Below the pieces are notes generated by a model. It was not told where the DNA came from, made no database searches, and saw only the letters and a list, made by a program, of their open reading frames with translations. DNA of 64,000 bases, from NCBI RefSeq assembly GCF_009914755.1, contig NC_060937.1; one strand, written 5' to 3'. The first letter of the stretch is position 1. Each line of letters opens with the position of its first letter. This DNA comes from the human T2T-CHM13v2.0 reference genome, Homo sapiens. This document shows, one piece after another, positions 28,695 to 44,580 of the stretch. The translations under genes were made by a program, and so were the position numbers.

Positions 28695-29789
28695 AGCCTT
28701 TCTCTTTTAATACTTTCCTAAATAATCCTCACCTTAAACCAACCTACCTTGGTTTCTGTTTATTTCTGGGCCTTGACCAAGACACTACCGCAGTCCTCTC
28801 CCTCTCAATACCTGGCTCACCTTTCAAATGCTGCCTGATTCAGGAAGGTTCTCTAAGCTTGCCCACATCAAGCGTGCCTTCCTAGCACTTTTACATCCTG
28901 CCTTGCACTGTGGCACAATAGAGCAGTACTGAGCAGAGGTGAACAGCCTCGGCTCTGGGATAAGACTCACCTGGATCAGAATCCAGCTCTGATACCAATC
29001 ATCTGTGTGATCTTGAGCACTTAAACTCTCTGAGCCTGAATTTCTTAACTGTACTATGAGGCAAACAAGCATCTTCCCCATAGGCTTGGTAGAAGACTTA
29101 TAGAAAAGACCATGGTACACAAAATACTACACCTGAGGTTCAGAAACTTTGACCAATGTTATTCTGCTTCCTTCACAGTAAGATCCATATAGGCATCACC
29201 TGGGTTCAGCTCACTCATTCTCAAGGATACTCCCAATAGTCTTCTCCTCCTCTAGGGCCCCATAACCAGTCTGTAATCCATCTAAATCCATTTTAAATGT
29301 GTACTGCCTCTCCTGTGGGCTTGATTTTTGTCATGGTCAATTTACCAGCAGCTCTGTTTTGCTGGGTGTCAGTTATGTTGGGCTGCCCTCTGGGGCCTTT
29401 CACATGCTGTCATATTTCTTTGGGGCTCAAATATGGGGGTTGAAAAATCTATGCAGTGGCAGTTTCCTAATGCCATCCCCAGAGCCAGCATGTTGCCAGG
29501 GCCTCAGGAGACTCACAGTCAGATGGACGAATCAGATGTGAGGTAAACAGATTAAGTAGGTACTGCAGATAAAAATTTAGAGTAAGGGTGGATCAACCTT
29601 CATTATTATGGAGAAATGATCTCATTTCCTTCTTCCCACAGCCCTTTTGTTTACAATTCCCTTGGGTCACCGATAATGGTTTGTCTTGCAGTTTGTGTTT
29701 ATACCTCCTTTTCTGTTTGTATGTCGCAGGTACTATGTTCCCCTCAACTTTGAATCCCCAGCCCTACCATGGTGCAGGGAACATTTTAG

Positions 29790-29970
29790 GCAGTGGTTAT
29801 CAACCTGACTACATATGAGAATCACCTGAAAGCTTGTTTTCTTTTCCCAATACGGATGCCTATGTAATATCCCAGCCCAAATGAATCAATACCCAAAGAT
29901 GGAGCCTGCCATGGATAATTTTAAAGGTCCCCAGGTAACTCTAATGTGCAACCTGGAAACAAAACTACTA
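29790..29970. mobile_element. MER5A-like hAT-Charlie MITE
   Basis: cagtggttatcaacctg..gaatcacctg ... ccccaggtaactctaatgtgca. Confidence 0.7.
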
Positions 29971-30049
29971 AAACTAGGCAAACTATTTTAGACTCAGTCT
30001 TTCAGCACCAAGACTGTCATCAAGAAATCTCCAAAGATCCCCACATGTA

Positions 30050-30601
30050 AACAAGGTAGACACCTGTGGGTGTATCTGCCTCCTGCACACTGTCTCTTCT
30101 CTGAGAATGCCTATGCCATAGAGGTAGGCCCACCAGTCTTCACTGTTCCTTGTAAGCCAGCCCTAGCCGCAGCTAAACACAAGGCAGAATATAAACCCAA
30201 GCAGAGCCAATCAAATCTCCATTTTCCCAGAATTCTAGAATTGGAATTCAGATATGAAAATCAGGCTCTACTCTTGCACGGACCAAGGACATGTATGTCT
30301 ATCTGGAATTATGAGGTTCTAGGCTTGGCTGTGTGAAGATCAAAGCAGAGGAAGCCACACAATGCAGAGAATCAACAGTGGAGCTATGCCTAGTGAGAAG
30401 CAAAGAGACACTGGATGGCCTGAGAGGGAAAGAGACTGAGAAAAGCTGTCAGCTTTTAGTTCCTGGTTCCAGTCCTTTGTGACGGCCAGCTTGATTAGAG
30501 GTGCTACTCTTGTGTATCTTTACAATTCCTCCTTTCAGGATTACAGTAGATATTGTATAGGGATCTGTTCCTTTAGACCAAATGGGCCTTTAACTGAGAC
30601 A
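30050..30601 (+). mobile_element. ERVL LTR (LTR33/LTR16-like)
   Basis: cagccctagccgcagcta...gagccaatcaaat, ttcctggttccag, terminal ttaactgagaca; family assignment tentative. Confidence 0.5.
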
Positions 30602-31008
30602 GAACCCAAGATTGCTAAATGGGTCCCTAGGTACCCATATGATACAGCCCACCTTATCACTACTACTACACCTTACTGGACACTTTGCGATTACTAGTAT
30701 ACCCAGCAACCCTAAAAACTCGCTATTATCCCCATCTTAGAGAACAGGAAATTGAACAGCACAGAAGTGACTTATAAGGGTTGGTGAGTACCTAGGCTGG
30801 GAATGAGTCAAAAATCCAGCCTCACTCTCCTTCCTTTCCCTCAGTCCCCAGAACTATGATGGGACAGCCAGCTGCTGAAGCAGTTTCTGAATTATTTATG
30901 GAGCAAAGAATTCAAAAATGAAATCTTAACAAGAAAGATGAGCATAATTCCAATTGGATGATTACTAAATGATAACAACAACACTGACTACAAAACCACA
31001 CCTTAAAA

Positions 31009-31296
31009 CCAGGCGCAGTGGCTCACGCCTGTAATCCCAGCAGGGAGGCTGAGGCGGGTGGATCACAAGGTCAGGAGATCGAGACCATCCTGGCTAACAC
31101 AGTGAAACCCCGTCTCTACTAAAAAAAATACAAAAAATTAGCTGGGCGTGGTGGCGGGCACCTGTAGTCCCAGCTACTTGGGAGGCTGAGGCAGGAGAAT
31201 GACGTGAACTCAGAGGCGGAGCTTGCAGTGAGCTGAGATCGTGCCACTGCACTCCAGCCTGGGTGACAGAGCGAGACTCCGTCTCAAAAAACAAAA
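31009..31296 (+). mobile_element. AluY
   Basis: gagatcgagaccatcctggctaacac, gcggagcttgcagtgagc; short deletion near the 5' end. Confidence 0.9.
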
Positions 31297-33950
31297 CCTC
31301 AAAGATAAATGGGCATGGAGGGGGGTTGCAATTTCTGTCAATTGACTAACACTAATAAGAATACATGGTTTGCTAGGGTGTTTCCTCCTTTTTTTTTTTA
31401 AGTTGCTCTCAAATGTGTAATAGAAATGAAAAGCTTTTTTATTTCTCATTTATAGATTTTTAAAGCTGGGGTATATACCACAAACCTTATAAACCATACA
31501 CTCCCAATTCAGACTGAAACATAAGCCAAAATTATCCACATTCCAACATGTCACTAAAAAATGCTTGTCAGGAATTATAATACAACAGCTAAAGAAAATT
31601 TAATTTCTTAAATTATTGATAAAGTCTGAACTTATTCTAAATAACTGAATTACCATTAAGTTTTCTTGTATAATTTAATACTACTTTTTATTACACCCTC
31701 TAAGTTGTTTTATCTCTTAAAAGGAATCAAAAAGATGATTACATATTTATAAAATGAGCATCTGAAAAATGAAGAGCACAATTCCAGTTTTTACATGCAG
31801 TTCCAGTACTACGCATAAGATGTAGGTTACCTTTTACATTTCTTTCAGAAATATTAACCAAACAGGATATAGTTACTGCACATCTAAGTTACCAGGCCAC
31901 CAGGTGCAGGCTGGGTCATAAAGACCTATAAAATATGGTACCTGCCCTGAAGAAGTTTACAATCCAATAAGTTCTAGAGGAAAAAGAAATAAGCTGGGTC
32001 ATTTATTTTCCCTTCTTGGTGATTCAAAAAAACAATATAACATTAGTAACTGCCTGCCAGAGCTAAACATACTGAAAAACACAGATTCATCTCCTTAATG
32101 CTTTCCTTTGCACTTGTCATCCAAAGCAATGTGGGGAATTTGGAGAGAGAAATTCTAGAATGGGATTTGATACAGAGCGGCCCAATACTGTACCTAATTT
32201 GCACTGTGCCATATGCAATACAGTGAAATCCTAACACATTACAGTCTATATTGCAGTCTGGTTATGAACACACCAATTTCTGTAGTCCAGCCACAAGCTC
32301 AAGCAACTGCAGCCTAACTGTCCTTGGAAATCCTCCAACAATGCCAAAGGAGACTTCAGCAATGATTTAAGCATATTTGTATAGGACTTTTAAAAGTACA
32401 ATAGTTTTAGGTTGATTATCACACCATTCAAACACACTAATAAAAAAAGGCAACAAGGTTTGCAGGAAGTCAGCAGCTGATAGCCACAGGTAAGGGAAGG
32501 CACCCATTGATCCTAATAATCTAGTGAAAATTACTAAGGACTGCAGATCTCACAAGGATGTGAAGATAATTCTCACATGCCTGTTTCTGTCATCACTGAT
32601 GTTGTTTCACTCGTAAACTTATTGAGGGTAGCTCCATAGGCTATAAAACTGCATCATCTTTGCCAGAATAAAATGTCCATGTTATCTATAAGAGTTAAAT
32701 CACGTTACTGGAAGGTAGTCTATAAGAAACACCTGACTCACAGGTGAAGCCTCCAAGGCCCATAGGTAGTCCCTTTAAACTTGAATGTAGGCAAATGTCT
32801 GTCAGCTGAAGAACTAGGAAAAAAAATGCTGCCAAGAATACCATAGGAAAATTCTCAGCATGTGTCTTCAACTTGTGCAAATTCCTATTTACAGAGAAAA
32901 GGTCATTTGGAAAATATAGCCATTTTTGGAAGACTGAGCAGCCAAGGTTCTTAAGTATAGGAGATTGGGACAAAACAAAAAAAAGGTAAATTTGTTCATC
33001 AATCTACTTGGTACATGTTTGGAACTAGAGACTCAAATAGGGAAAATTTGCTCTTGGGCCTCCCCTTCCCCTCTATCAGATAAGTAAGGCTAACAGAAAC
33101 TTCAATCTGTAAGGTACAGTACAGTGAGATTAGTGCTATAACTGACACTGATCTAAGCATTCCAGAAGATCTGCTTACAGATACCAGGGAACACCTCAGG
33201 GTCCAGATTTGCTTCAAGCATGCACAGAGGACACTGGAATGGACCAAACCAGCACAGAGCAAAAGCTTTCTAGACAGGAGGTCTAGCTTGTAAAAATACA
33301 TTGCAATCATGCAGGGACCTACAAGTAAATTGTATGAATAGGAACTGGAATTTCAGGTGGAAGTTGAGGGATCCAATCTAGAAATGTGGGCAATGACAAA
33401 ATTTAAAGGACAAGATCATGCTACTTGGCCTTTAAGTTGTGGATGATGCAGGAGAGAAACTGAAGGGTTTTAAGCAGGTTCCATAATCACACTTGGGTTC
33501 CAAAGAAAACTATTGTAGCAGCAACATGGTGGATAAAACAGAGTAGACCCAAGAACGAGAGCCAAGGAAATCAGTTAGGAAGCTATTGCAATCTATTGCA
33601 ATAACCCAGCAGAGAGATGGAAGGTAAGATAGATGAGGTCAGGGACAGTAGGAGAAGAGAAGAGGCAAGTGCTATAAGTACCCAGGAAGCATAATCAAGG
33701 TTACTGGATAACCAATGCATATGGAAGTTAAAGATCAAGAAGTTGAAAATAAATCCAAGGATAAAATGTTGACACTGACTAAGAGAATACAAAAGAAAGA
33801 AGTTTATGAGAAAGCAGATAAATTCGAGTTGAGATACAGTGAGTTTGAGGTACCTCTAAGCCATCCATGTAAAATAAGGTTGAATATTTTGGACAAAAGC
33901 TCAAAAGACCATCCTAAAATAAAGATGGAGTTTTAAGAAGTCATCAGCTT

Positions 33951-34150
33951 CTAAATCTGAGCTGTCCAATATGCTAGCCATTAGCCACATATGGCTATTT
34001 AAACACAACTTAATTCAAATTACACAAATTAAAAATTCAGCTCTTTGGTAGCAGTAGCCACATTCAAGTGCTCAAAAGCCACATATAGCTAGTGACTATC
34101 AAATTGGACATGGCAGGACACAACATTTCCATCATTTCAGAAAGCACTAA
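33951..34150. mobile_element. MER3-like hAT-Charlie nested in L2
   Basis: gctgtccaatatgctagccattagccacat...ggcta...attggaca internal palindromy; L2 sequence on both sides. Confidence 0.75.
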
Positions 34151-35109
34151 TCTAAGTGGTAGTAAAAGCTAAAGAAATGGATGAGTTCACACTAGAAGCA
34201 CGTATAAAGTAAAAAGAGAAAATCAAAGAGATTACTTGGAAAGACTCATTTTAAAGGATAGGGAAAGGAATAACCAAAGATCAGAAGAGAAGAACATGTT
34301 AGACCATGGTTTCAAGGGGGGCAAGGTTTGTACAAATACAATGAAGAAGTCATATAGGGTGAGGCTTAAGACAAAAATCAGCACTGGGTTTGGCAGTTGA
34401 TCTGCCTGGGCAACAGAGCAAGACCCTGACTCAAAAAAAAGCCCAAGTTAACTCCACAGCCTGAGTTCTTAAAGATTATGCTACATGAACTCCCCAGCAA
34501 CACTGTAGTATGTGTTGATTCACACCTCTCTTTCCCCATACCAGACTGAATATAAACCTCTTGAAATCAAGGACCAAATTGCATCTACCCGTGTGCTATG
34601 CTCAGTATAACTGGCATTCAAAAATTTACCGAATAAATGAAAACAAGTAATTCACAGAAAGTGGCTAAAAAGGAAGGAAGCAGAGCATGGTATTCAGAGA
34701 GACAAAGGGTCAAGGGAAAGTTGAGGAAAGGGGTTGTTTGGTTTTCCTTCTGCTTTTTCTTTCACAATGGTAAACATTTCAGCACCATTACAGGATGGAG
34801 CGTGTAAAAAGCAAAACCTTCCTGACAGAATGTGGATGGGCCAAAAACAGCAGTAAAGAGATTAACCTCAAATAGGAAAATATATTCCTTGTGTGGATAT
34901 TGGAGGAGAAACAATGAAGAATGGTCGCAGATATAGACAATTACAGCAAGCTCTAGGAAAACTTTCTCTGAAAAAGGTATCAAGGGGCATGCTAAGAGTC
35001 AGGAGTAATCATTTCTAAGATCTTAAGCGAATGCTGTGGTATGTTCCCATGTGGGAAAAAAGTGGGTGCTTGACATACACACAGAATATCATTGGAAGGA
35101 TACAAAAGA

Positions 35110-36013
<904 letters not shown>

Positions 36014-38157
36014 TAGATGAGATAAAGAAGTGATAGGTTTAGCATAAATGCTGTGAGAAATTGAAAAGGAGATGACCAAAGAGCTAGTGAAAAGTCAGGA
36101 CCCATCATGCCCTATTCCCAGTTAATCTCTCTGTGTCTCAACCCCCTCATGTGCAAAATAACAGTAGGGAGAGTGCCCATTTCAAAGTACTGTGTGAGGG
36201 ATAAGTGATTAAAATAGTGCCCAGACCGTTGTATGAGCTGAACAAATGCGGTTATTGTGATGATGATTGTTATCTAGCAGCACTGAGGACACACAGATAC
36301 CCAGTGTCTAAGGGCATCAGTTCACAAAGCTGGGAGTGGTTTCCACCAGGATGCAGGAACCCAGTTCAGCCACAGAAGCCTGCCAGGTTGCTCCAGGCTT
36401 GGAGATCTGAGGCAACTGAACAAGGAGGCCAAAGGTTCTATTATTTATTGATATTCTACCTTATGTGAGGTGTGAGGAAGTGAGGAGTTTGAAGGCATCC
36501 CAGTTCAAAGGGAGCTCCATGGTTACTTTTGTGGAGTGTGGGTTTAGTGTGGAGCAAATGTTGACAGCAGGAGGCAGACAGAGAAAGAGAGGCAATGTAC
36601 AGAGGCTGTAGTAGGTCTACATGAAACAGAAAGGAAGGGAATATATCCAGGCACCAAACAAACCTCTGGTGTGTGTCCCACTGCAATGAATGGCTGAGTC
36701 CCTGGACACAATACCAGTGTCCCCCAGGAAAAAAAAAAAAAAAAGCTATGAGGATAAAGGAAGTAGGAAGCAGGAAGAAGAGGTTAAAATACTGTCAATA
36801 ACTGAGAACTTAACACTATAGTGATGAGGTCTCCCCTATTAATAATAGTTGTCACATATTAATTGTGCTGTGCCTAAGCTATCGTAACATGTGTTAACTC
36901 AACTAATCCTCACAACAATCTATAAGCAAACAGACTAATTACTTCCATTTTATAGAAGGGAAAACAGAGGCACAAAGGTTGATAATTTGCCCAAGGATAT
37001 ACAGACACGTTTGAGTCTCTCTCAAGTCTTTTTATCACAGTTTAAGGGTGGGACTTCAGAGCCACATTGCCAGGCCCAAGTTCTTCAATAACCCACATAT
37101 GTTTCTGGTAGTCTTTACATACCCTTGCCCACCACCACTAGGATCTTTTATAAAAAGAAATGAGTAATTATTAATAACATTTAAACAAATTCATCATGAA
37201 TGGGTTAATGAACCAGGCAATATAAAGTTACAAGAGTACTTTGTTTTGATTTTCAATTAGCCAAACATTCAGATTCCTACTGTAAGCACAAGTCTATACC
37301 AGGCACCACACAGAAAGTGACTTCCAAAAGCTTACAAACACATGTATAAAGTAACTAAAAGCAGGTTCAATATAACATAACAATAAGAGCAAAATTATAC
37401 CCTCAAAAGAGACTGAGTGGAGTTAGAACATGGTTTTAATTGGAGACCGTCACCTTTTATAAAGAAGTGAAATAGTCATATTGAATTTCTCAATGCAGAT
37501 TATATGCACTCCATTTTTCATGTTCATTTCCCAGGCTGTCAATTTTTTCATTAAAAAAGAATTGTAATTGTCATTATGCAAGGAATTCAATCAAAGGTTT
37601 TAATAAACAAAAACAGTTTAATTCTATAGTAAAGTCCATAATTAATGTCACCAATTTGCAAATCTTTTACTTAAAAACTGAATGTTACAAAGTTTCATTT
37701 TATGACACCCAAATAAACAGCCAACCTCGGAAAAAAATGCAGCAATTACGGGATAAACTCTCTGTATCTTGGGAAGATACTTCATAATAAAATTAACTAA
37801 ATAAATGCAGCATTATGGATCTCACAATTAATCTACTCAGGGCTTTTACTAAGGGCTTCAAGAAATTCTACACCATAACTCCTTTGACAGAACTATGACT
37901 GAACAGGTATTCAGTCTTCTTTAATTCAAGAGGGTGTGTACTTAGACCACAGCTACTTGGATATATCCCACATCCCTCAGCACACAGAATGACCTCACAC
38001 TTGGTACATTAATTCATAGTCTCCCCCTTCCTTTCCAGTATTTAAGATCTGTCATGATCCTCAAAGATGGAGAGATCAGAAAGCTACTGAGTATTAATTC
38101 CATTCACAGATTTACTTTTAGGGAAAGATATATATATATATATATAAATTGGAACCC

Positions 38158-38200
38158 TAAAAAAATCAAAATTGAATTTAAAAAAATCAAAATTGAATTA
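38158..38200. repeat. ~21-bp tandem duplication taaaaaaatcaaaattgaatt x2
   Basis: Direct reading; a (TA)n run at 38128-38146 precedes it. Confidence 0.8.
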
Positions 38201-41200
38201 AAAAAAAAAGCCCTGTAAACCCAGGAAATGAAGAGTAAAGATTAGAAGGAGATAAAGATAAGAAGGGAGAAAATGAACATTTCAATGGAATTTATGATAT
38301 TTAATGTTTTAAGCTTATTAGTGAGTATACAGTGTTTTACACCTCTTTTGTATGATACATACATGATAAAATATATTTTTTTAAAGATTGCAAGTTTCTT
38401 ATTTAACCAAAAAAACTATTAGAAGCAAACTGTTTTGAAACACATTGTATACATCCTTCACTACTGATACTTACTAATCACTTTTACCTCATCACTAAAC
38501 AAAGGACTAAGGTGAAAAACATTTGCCTGGTTCAGGTACACATCTAATTTCTTAACTCAAGTCATCTCTGGGTACCCCAAACTGTGGTCTACAGAGGCCT
38601 TCCACAAATTCTACTTAAGTCTTATGTTTTTTCAAGATTATCTTAAACATTAGAACTAAAGTAAGCATATTCTGGACATTGTGAATGACCCACTCTATAA
38701 CCATGTTCTCTCAGGAACTTTTGGTTTTACTTTTGTAAATACTTTTGTATTTACTACCAATATGGTTCTCAATGAGGGCCAAGCAACATCATGACACAAT
38801 AGATTTTCACAAGCTCTTCCACTTAGGAAGAGTTCAGTTCCAAATGGCTATTTATAATTCCAAAATCACATTATTCTGGAAACTATGCACCCACAGGTAT
38901 GGAAAATTAGATTTCAAGAGAAAAATGAATATAGAAGCTGGAAGTATAAGAGTTTTTATTTTTTCTGCTGCTTCAACAGTTTTATAACATTTACTAAAAA
39001 ATGTTTATATATGGCTATTTTCTTTTTAAAAACAGGTTTATAACAGTTCACTACTTCATCTACATCCTCAAGCCAACACCTATGAAAAAGATAATGGTGT
39101 CCGATGACAGGCCTCTGCTAACAGTGTAAGGCTATCTGTGAACTCCTCAGTCTACACATATCTTCCTCAGCCTCTGGGATTCCATTTCCACCCAAGAATT
39201 AAATTGATAGAAAGAAAAACAGCAAAATATACACATATTTTTCCACTATTAAATCCAATAATGATGACTTAATTTCAGCAAAACATCATCAATCGCATTA
39301 AATTAATGTTGCTGTTAATTTGAATTTTATGGGTTTTATAGTTTTGTTTTGGATTGTAGATGTAAATCTGTTTTAGTTTTATAGCTGTAAAAAGTGATAG
39401 GCATAAAGAGTTACACTTAGTTTTATATCTGTACATATATTAGTAACATTATTTTTATTATCATTCAAGTCCATATTGGAGTATCACAAGAATTTTTTTT
39501 CCTAAGTTTGAAGTTGTTTCCTTTATACGTTTTTTTGTAAGTTACATTTGTACCCCAAGTTTCATCATCCTATTATCCCCACTTTAGACATAAAGAACAG
39601 GCCCCTAAGAAAGCTTCAGAAACTTGCTCTGACCATTCAGTCATCAGATCAGAACTCTGCATCAATCCAAATGTTACCTGGTATGCCAGGATAAGAACTA
39701 AGAACAGAATGGCTCTGCCTCCAGCACACCAAGAGGAAATAGCCTGGTTCAATTAAGTTTTCCAAGATTAGAAAGCTTTTCAAATATCCAATGTATTCCT
39801 AATGCCCTAAAGTGTAGGCAAAAATTGTACTATTATTACTGTTACTACTAATGATAACAAAAACAACAATCCTATAAATGGCAAATATTTCCATAGAGGT
39901 TACAATGAGCCAGGTATTCTAGGCCCAAAACATAACTTTTAATCTTCATGACAACCCCATGTTACACATGAGAAAGGGGAGGCACAGAGAACGGTTAAGT
40001 AATTGCTCAGTTCACACAGCTAATAAGTGATATTGCTGGGATTCAACCCCTGAGAGTGGTTCAAGTCACTGCTCATAAATGTTACTCATAACGCTTCTTC
40101 TACAAAAAACTGTAAGAAAAGATAGCAGTGGGTCTTTTGAAGAATAAAATCTATGGCAAGCATTTCCAAATAGATTTCACTAAGTAACTAGTAACATGAA
40201 TGTTTCAGGACCAAAGCTTATTTAAACTCTTAAATTCTCCCCTAAGTTAATAAAGACTATTCAATTTGCTATTTGAGAAAAATTACTCCCAATGGTAAGG
40301 TATTTCAATGCCATCCTGCTGCTACTGAAAGAAAAGTTACCTTTGTAGATCCTGTTCAAAGAAAGCCCATGCTTTGATCCTTAATATCCCATGAAGTAAA
40401 AGGTTATGCTTAATCTATATTTTATAGATCTAAAAGTCAAATTAGTTTCTGAGATAAACAAGCAAGAGTGTAAGGATAAGCATATTCTTTAGCATTCATT
40501 TGATTCCTAGTTTAGAGGATACTATGTGCTAAGTTAAAGACAATTACATTAGTGTAATACGTAGCAGTTTTTTCCTGTATTATTCTGCAGCATAAACAAG
40601 TTAGACACATGTTAATTTACATTCTATATAAAAAGCCAATTTTAAATCCAATTTATAAGGCAATAAATATATAAAGATTCTAGGACACAGCAATAAAGTT
40701 ACGCCATAAAGTAGAGTTAATTCAAGACAACAATAATAAAAGCATGACAAATTTTAGCATTCCACCAACTGCACAAAGGTGTTTCAGGTAACATCTGTTC
40801 AGAAGCAATTGCTACAAGATAGACTAGATGAGATGCAAGGTTTCACCATGTAATAAATGTATGTCAGTTTGCTTGCTTCATAATTAAAGACATGAGTCTT
40901 TGAAAAAAGCAATTAAGCCCTGTTCTAAATCTGAGACAATCATCCCTATCTCTACCCCCACCCCTTTTTACCGTCAAAGAAAAGACCCAGAGTGGTCCAG
41001 GAGTATTAAATGCCATATGTTATCTACTTTCAGCAACTAAATGTATCCCCCAAAAAGCCACTTAATATATATTGTTTCTTTTGATAAATCATTTATTTAA
41101 AAAAATTTCTGGGTTTTTCTGTTTTATTAAGAAGGATAGAAAGGAAAGAATGGCTGGGAAAATTCAGAGCAATTTCTTAGAACAGCAGCCTGAATAAAAT

Positions 41201-41606
41201 GATTTTACCTCCTTCTGAAGCTTACAATGCCTGGTGTGTGTTAGGTAGAATTCTGACACGAATAAAATTTAGGTGCCTAAAGCTTTCAACTAAAAACAGT
41301 ATCTCAATTCTTGACAGTTTAACCCTAGGACAACTGAGAGCATCACTTAAGCTGAGAACTCAATGAAGGAACAAGTTCAAAAAATCAAAAAGAGCATTTA
41401 GATATCACCTCCATCTTTTCCCAGCTTCCTAGAAACTATAAATACAGAGTAGACAAAACATGAATGGAGGTTTTGGTTGTTATTCCAGTGGTGGTTTATT
41501 TTTCTATTGTAATTTGGTTATCGTCTGTCCTCCCAAATTACAAACAAACCCTCTGAAATAAAGTGAAGGCAGAGATTTAAATGAATCTGATGGTCCTCCT
41601 TGTAAC

Positions 41607-41950
41607 TATACCTAGCTTCATTTCCTATGGCAGGTGTAACACATTACCACAAACTGGCAGCTTAAAACAACAGAAATTCATTCTCTCAGTTCTGGAGGCC
41701 TGAAGTCCCAAATCAGTTTCACTGTGCCAAAATGAAGGCAGGCTGCTCTCCTTCTAGAAGCTCTAGGGGAGTAGCCTTCCTTGACTCTTCCAGCTTCAGA
41801 TGGCTGCATTACCAATCTCTGCCTCTGCAGTCACAACACTCTCTCCTCTTCTGTGGTCAAATAACAATACATGTGTTTGCATTTAGGGGCCACTGTGATA
41901 ATCCAGAATAATCTCATTTTAAAATCCTTAATCATCTGTGTAAAGTCCTT
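41607..41950 (-). mobile_element. MLT1B/C LTR, left part
   Basis: attaccacaaactggcagcttaaaacaacagaaatt...cagttctggaggc...gataatccagaataatctc. Confidence 0.8.
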
Positions 41951-41951
41951 T

Positions 41952-42409
41952 AAAAAAGAAAACAGGAGAAAAGGCATACAAAGGTATTATGTGCAAGTGT
42001 GGCAAGTGTGGAGTCATACAAAGTATGAAACTCAAACAAGGGCCAGATGGCTAAATCTTAAATACCCTCTTCATAGGGAAGAGGGAAGTGGGGTATGTAA
42101 GGCAATTTACAGGATGAGTAAATAATCTTTAGGGGGGATGAATGGGCCCAAAGAAGAGATGAAAGTCTGAGACAAAGTTTATCTGGGCTTGGTGTGGTGT
42201 CAACTCCAATCTTCCTTCAGTATACATCTATTTGACTTGAGATGTCTGGGAAAGAGATTCACAAGTTGAATATCTTCTGGAGGATACAACCTTTAGGTAG
42301 ATAGGGGAACTTCAGAGAAGACCCTTTCTTGCATTTCTGGCTCCCCAGGTTCTCTCGATTTGAAGTCCAAAGTGGCATATTTGGGGGTATAATTTTCTGA
42401 GCCCTAACA
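41952..42409 (-). mobile_element. MER34/MER39-like ERV1 LTR, 3'-truncated
   Basis: Reverse complement starts tgttagggctcagaaaattatacccccaaatatgccac and stops after tttgtatgccttttctcctgtt. Confidence 0.65.
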
Positions 42410-42464
42410 ATGCTTTCTTTCTCAGATTAGTATCATAAGCTCCAAACAGAAGTTGCTTAAATAA

Positions 42465-42914
<450 letters not shown>

Positions 42915-43044
42915 TAGCGCAGTACATGGGCCTTGTCTTCAGGCTAGCTATCCTCATGACCAGAAGACTATGGCAAAATAAGCATCACATCCTGACTATG
43001 GCCAAAGGCAAAAAATGGGCTATTGCTTCTTGTTAGCCTTTTTC

Positions 43045-43910
43045 TTTCAGATGTTGTATTTTTCAATGCTAGAATTTCCACTGTGGTCTTTTTATAGTTT
43101 CTGTTTCTCTACAGAGGTTTCCTATCATTTCATTCATTGTGAGCATATTTCATTTATATTCTTAAATATGGTTATACAACTGCTTTAAAATCCTTGTCTA
43201 TTAATGCTTACAACTGAGTTATCTTGAGACTGGTCTCCATTGATTCCTTTTTCTTGTTTGTATGGGTCACATTTTCCTGTTTTTTCCTAATGTCAAATAC
43301 CTTTGCACTGTATCCTGAACATTGTGAATGTATGGTGTAGGGACTCTGAATTCCTTCTATTCTTCTGAGAAGTATTGCTTTTTGTGTTTGTTTTAGCAGG
43401 CAGTTAACTTGGCTGAACTCTCAAACTGCACATACTGTCCCATCCGCTGGATGGGACCTGAAATCTTAGTTCAGATATGTTAGCCCTACCTGTGCTGCTT
43501 GGAGTCTGTCCCATACATGTAGGGTTCAGAAATTTGAGGACTCTACACACAGAATTTGGGGCTACCCATTTGTGGCTCCTTCTCCTCTCCAGGATTTTCT
43601 CCTCATTTATCAGCTATATGGTCACCAGAACTCTGCCCTCTGGTTTTTTATGCCAGTACAACTGTGGGCTTATATTCTAGTTTTAACCACCCCACATGAC
43701 CCTGATTAGGGGCTTCCCTTATGCAAAAAGCTACAAAAAATGACAAACTTATCCAGTGCTAGTCCCTTCTTCCAAGTATTGTCTCCAATAGCCATGTCTT
43801 TTGATCACTCTCCAGTGTTTTAATAGTTGCTTTTTATAATTTTGTCATGTGAGAGGTCTGTGGTCCAATGAGATCTCAGCCAATACTGGATGCAAAGTTT
43901 TTGTTAGTTC
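43045..43910 (-). mobile_element. Old L1M 5'/ORF1 fragment inside an MLT1J/K-like LTR (42410-44000)
   Basis: ttgtatttttcaatgctagaatttccact...tatgggtcacattttcctg is L1; MLT1J/K-type motifs lie before (cagagacccag, ttgctctgccat) and after (ttccccagcagatttctc...ctggctagaatt). Confidence 0.55.
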
Positions 43911-44580
43911 CTTTTTACAGAGCAAAGACATCTTTCTCAGAATTCCCCAGCAGATTTCTCCTTTAGCTTACTGGCTAGAATTGTTTTCATCTGCTCTTTG
44001 TTAATCCTCTTTGTTCTGGGGCCTGCATGCCTGGAAGGATTTGGCTGCAACACACTGGCTGGTATACATTAATGAGTTGGGTTACAGCTTATTCATTAAG
44101 CTTGTGAGCTTAGTTAATGTGTATCCACCTCAGACATAGATTCAATCTCCATGTGCTGACCATATCACTGTCCAAGGCCCCAGATGTCCAGATGTGTGGA
44201 ACTTTGGGGCTGCCTCCTCCTGGTGGAGTTCAACAGGCCCAGGCAGAGGTTGCTTGAACCACCTGTGGTTGCCCCAGCTAAAAGGGGAGAAGCAGCCACA
44301 TTCCACAATCTGGACTGGCTGGGAAGCTGAGCAGGGAGTTCTAGAGTGGCAGCCCAAACTCAGGCAGGCAAGCACTGAAGGATGGTTCCTCATCCTCCCA
44401 GCAGGAGGTTGGAGGCTATGAGATACCCTGTCTCTCAGGGGCTGGAAGAGCAAAGAGCAGTATCTCTTTCAGACATCCTGCTGTCAGAAGTTACACCACA
44501 GCACAGTCATACATTGGGTTTAATTGTTGCTCCTGCCTGGCCCCTCTTAAAAAAAAAAAAAAAAAAAAAAAAAACCAAAT

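Noticed and set aside
34402-34440. Isolated short A-tailed element
   Set aside because: Just the last ~30 nt of an Alu (severe 5' truncation); commonplace.
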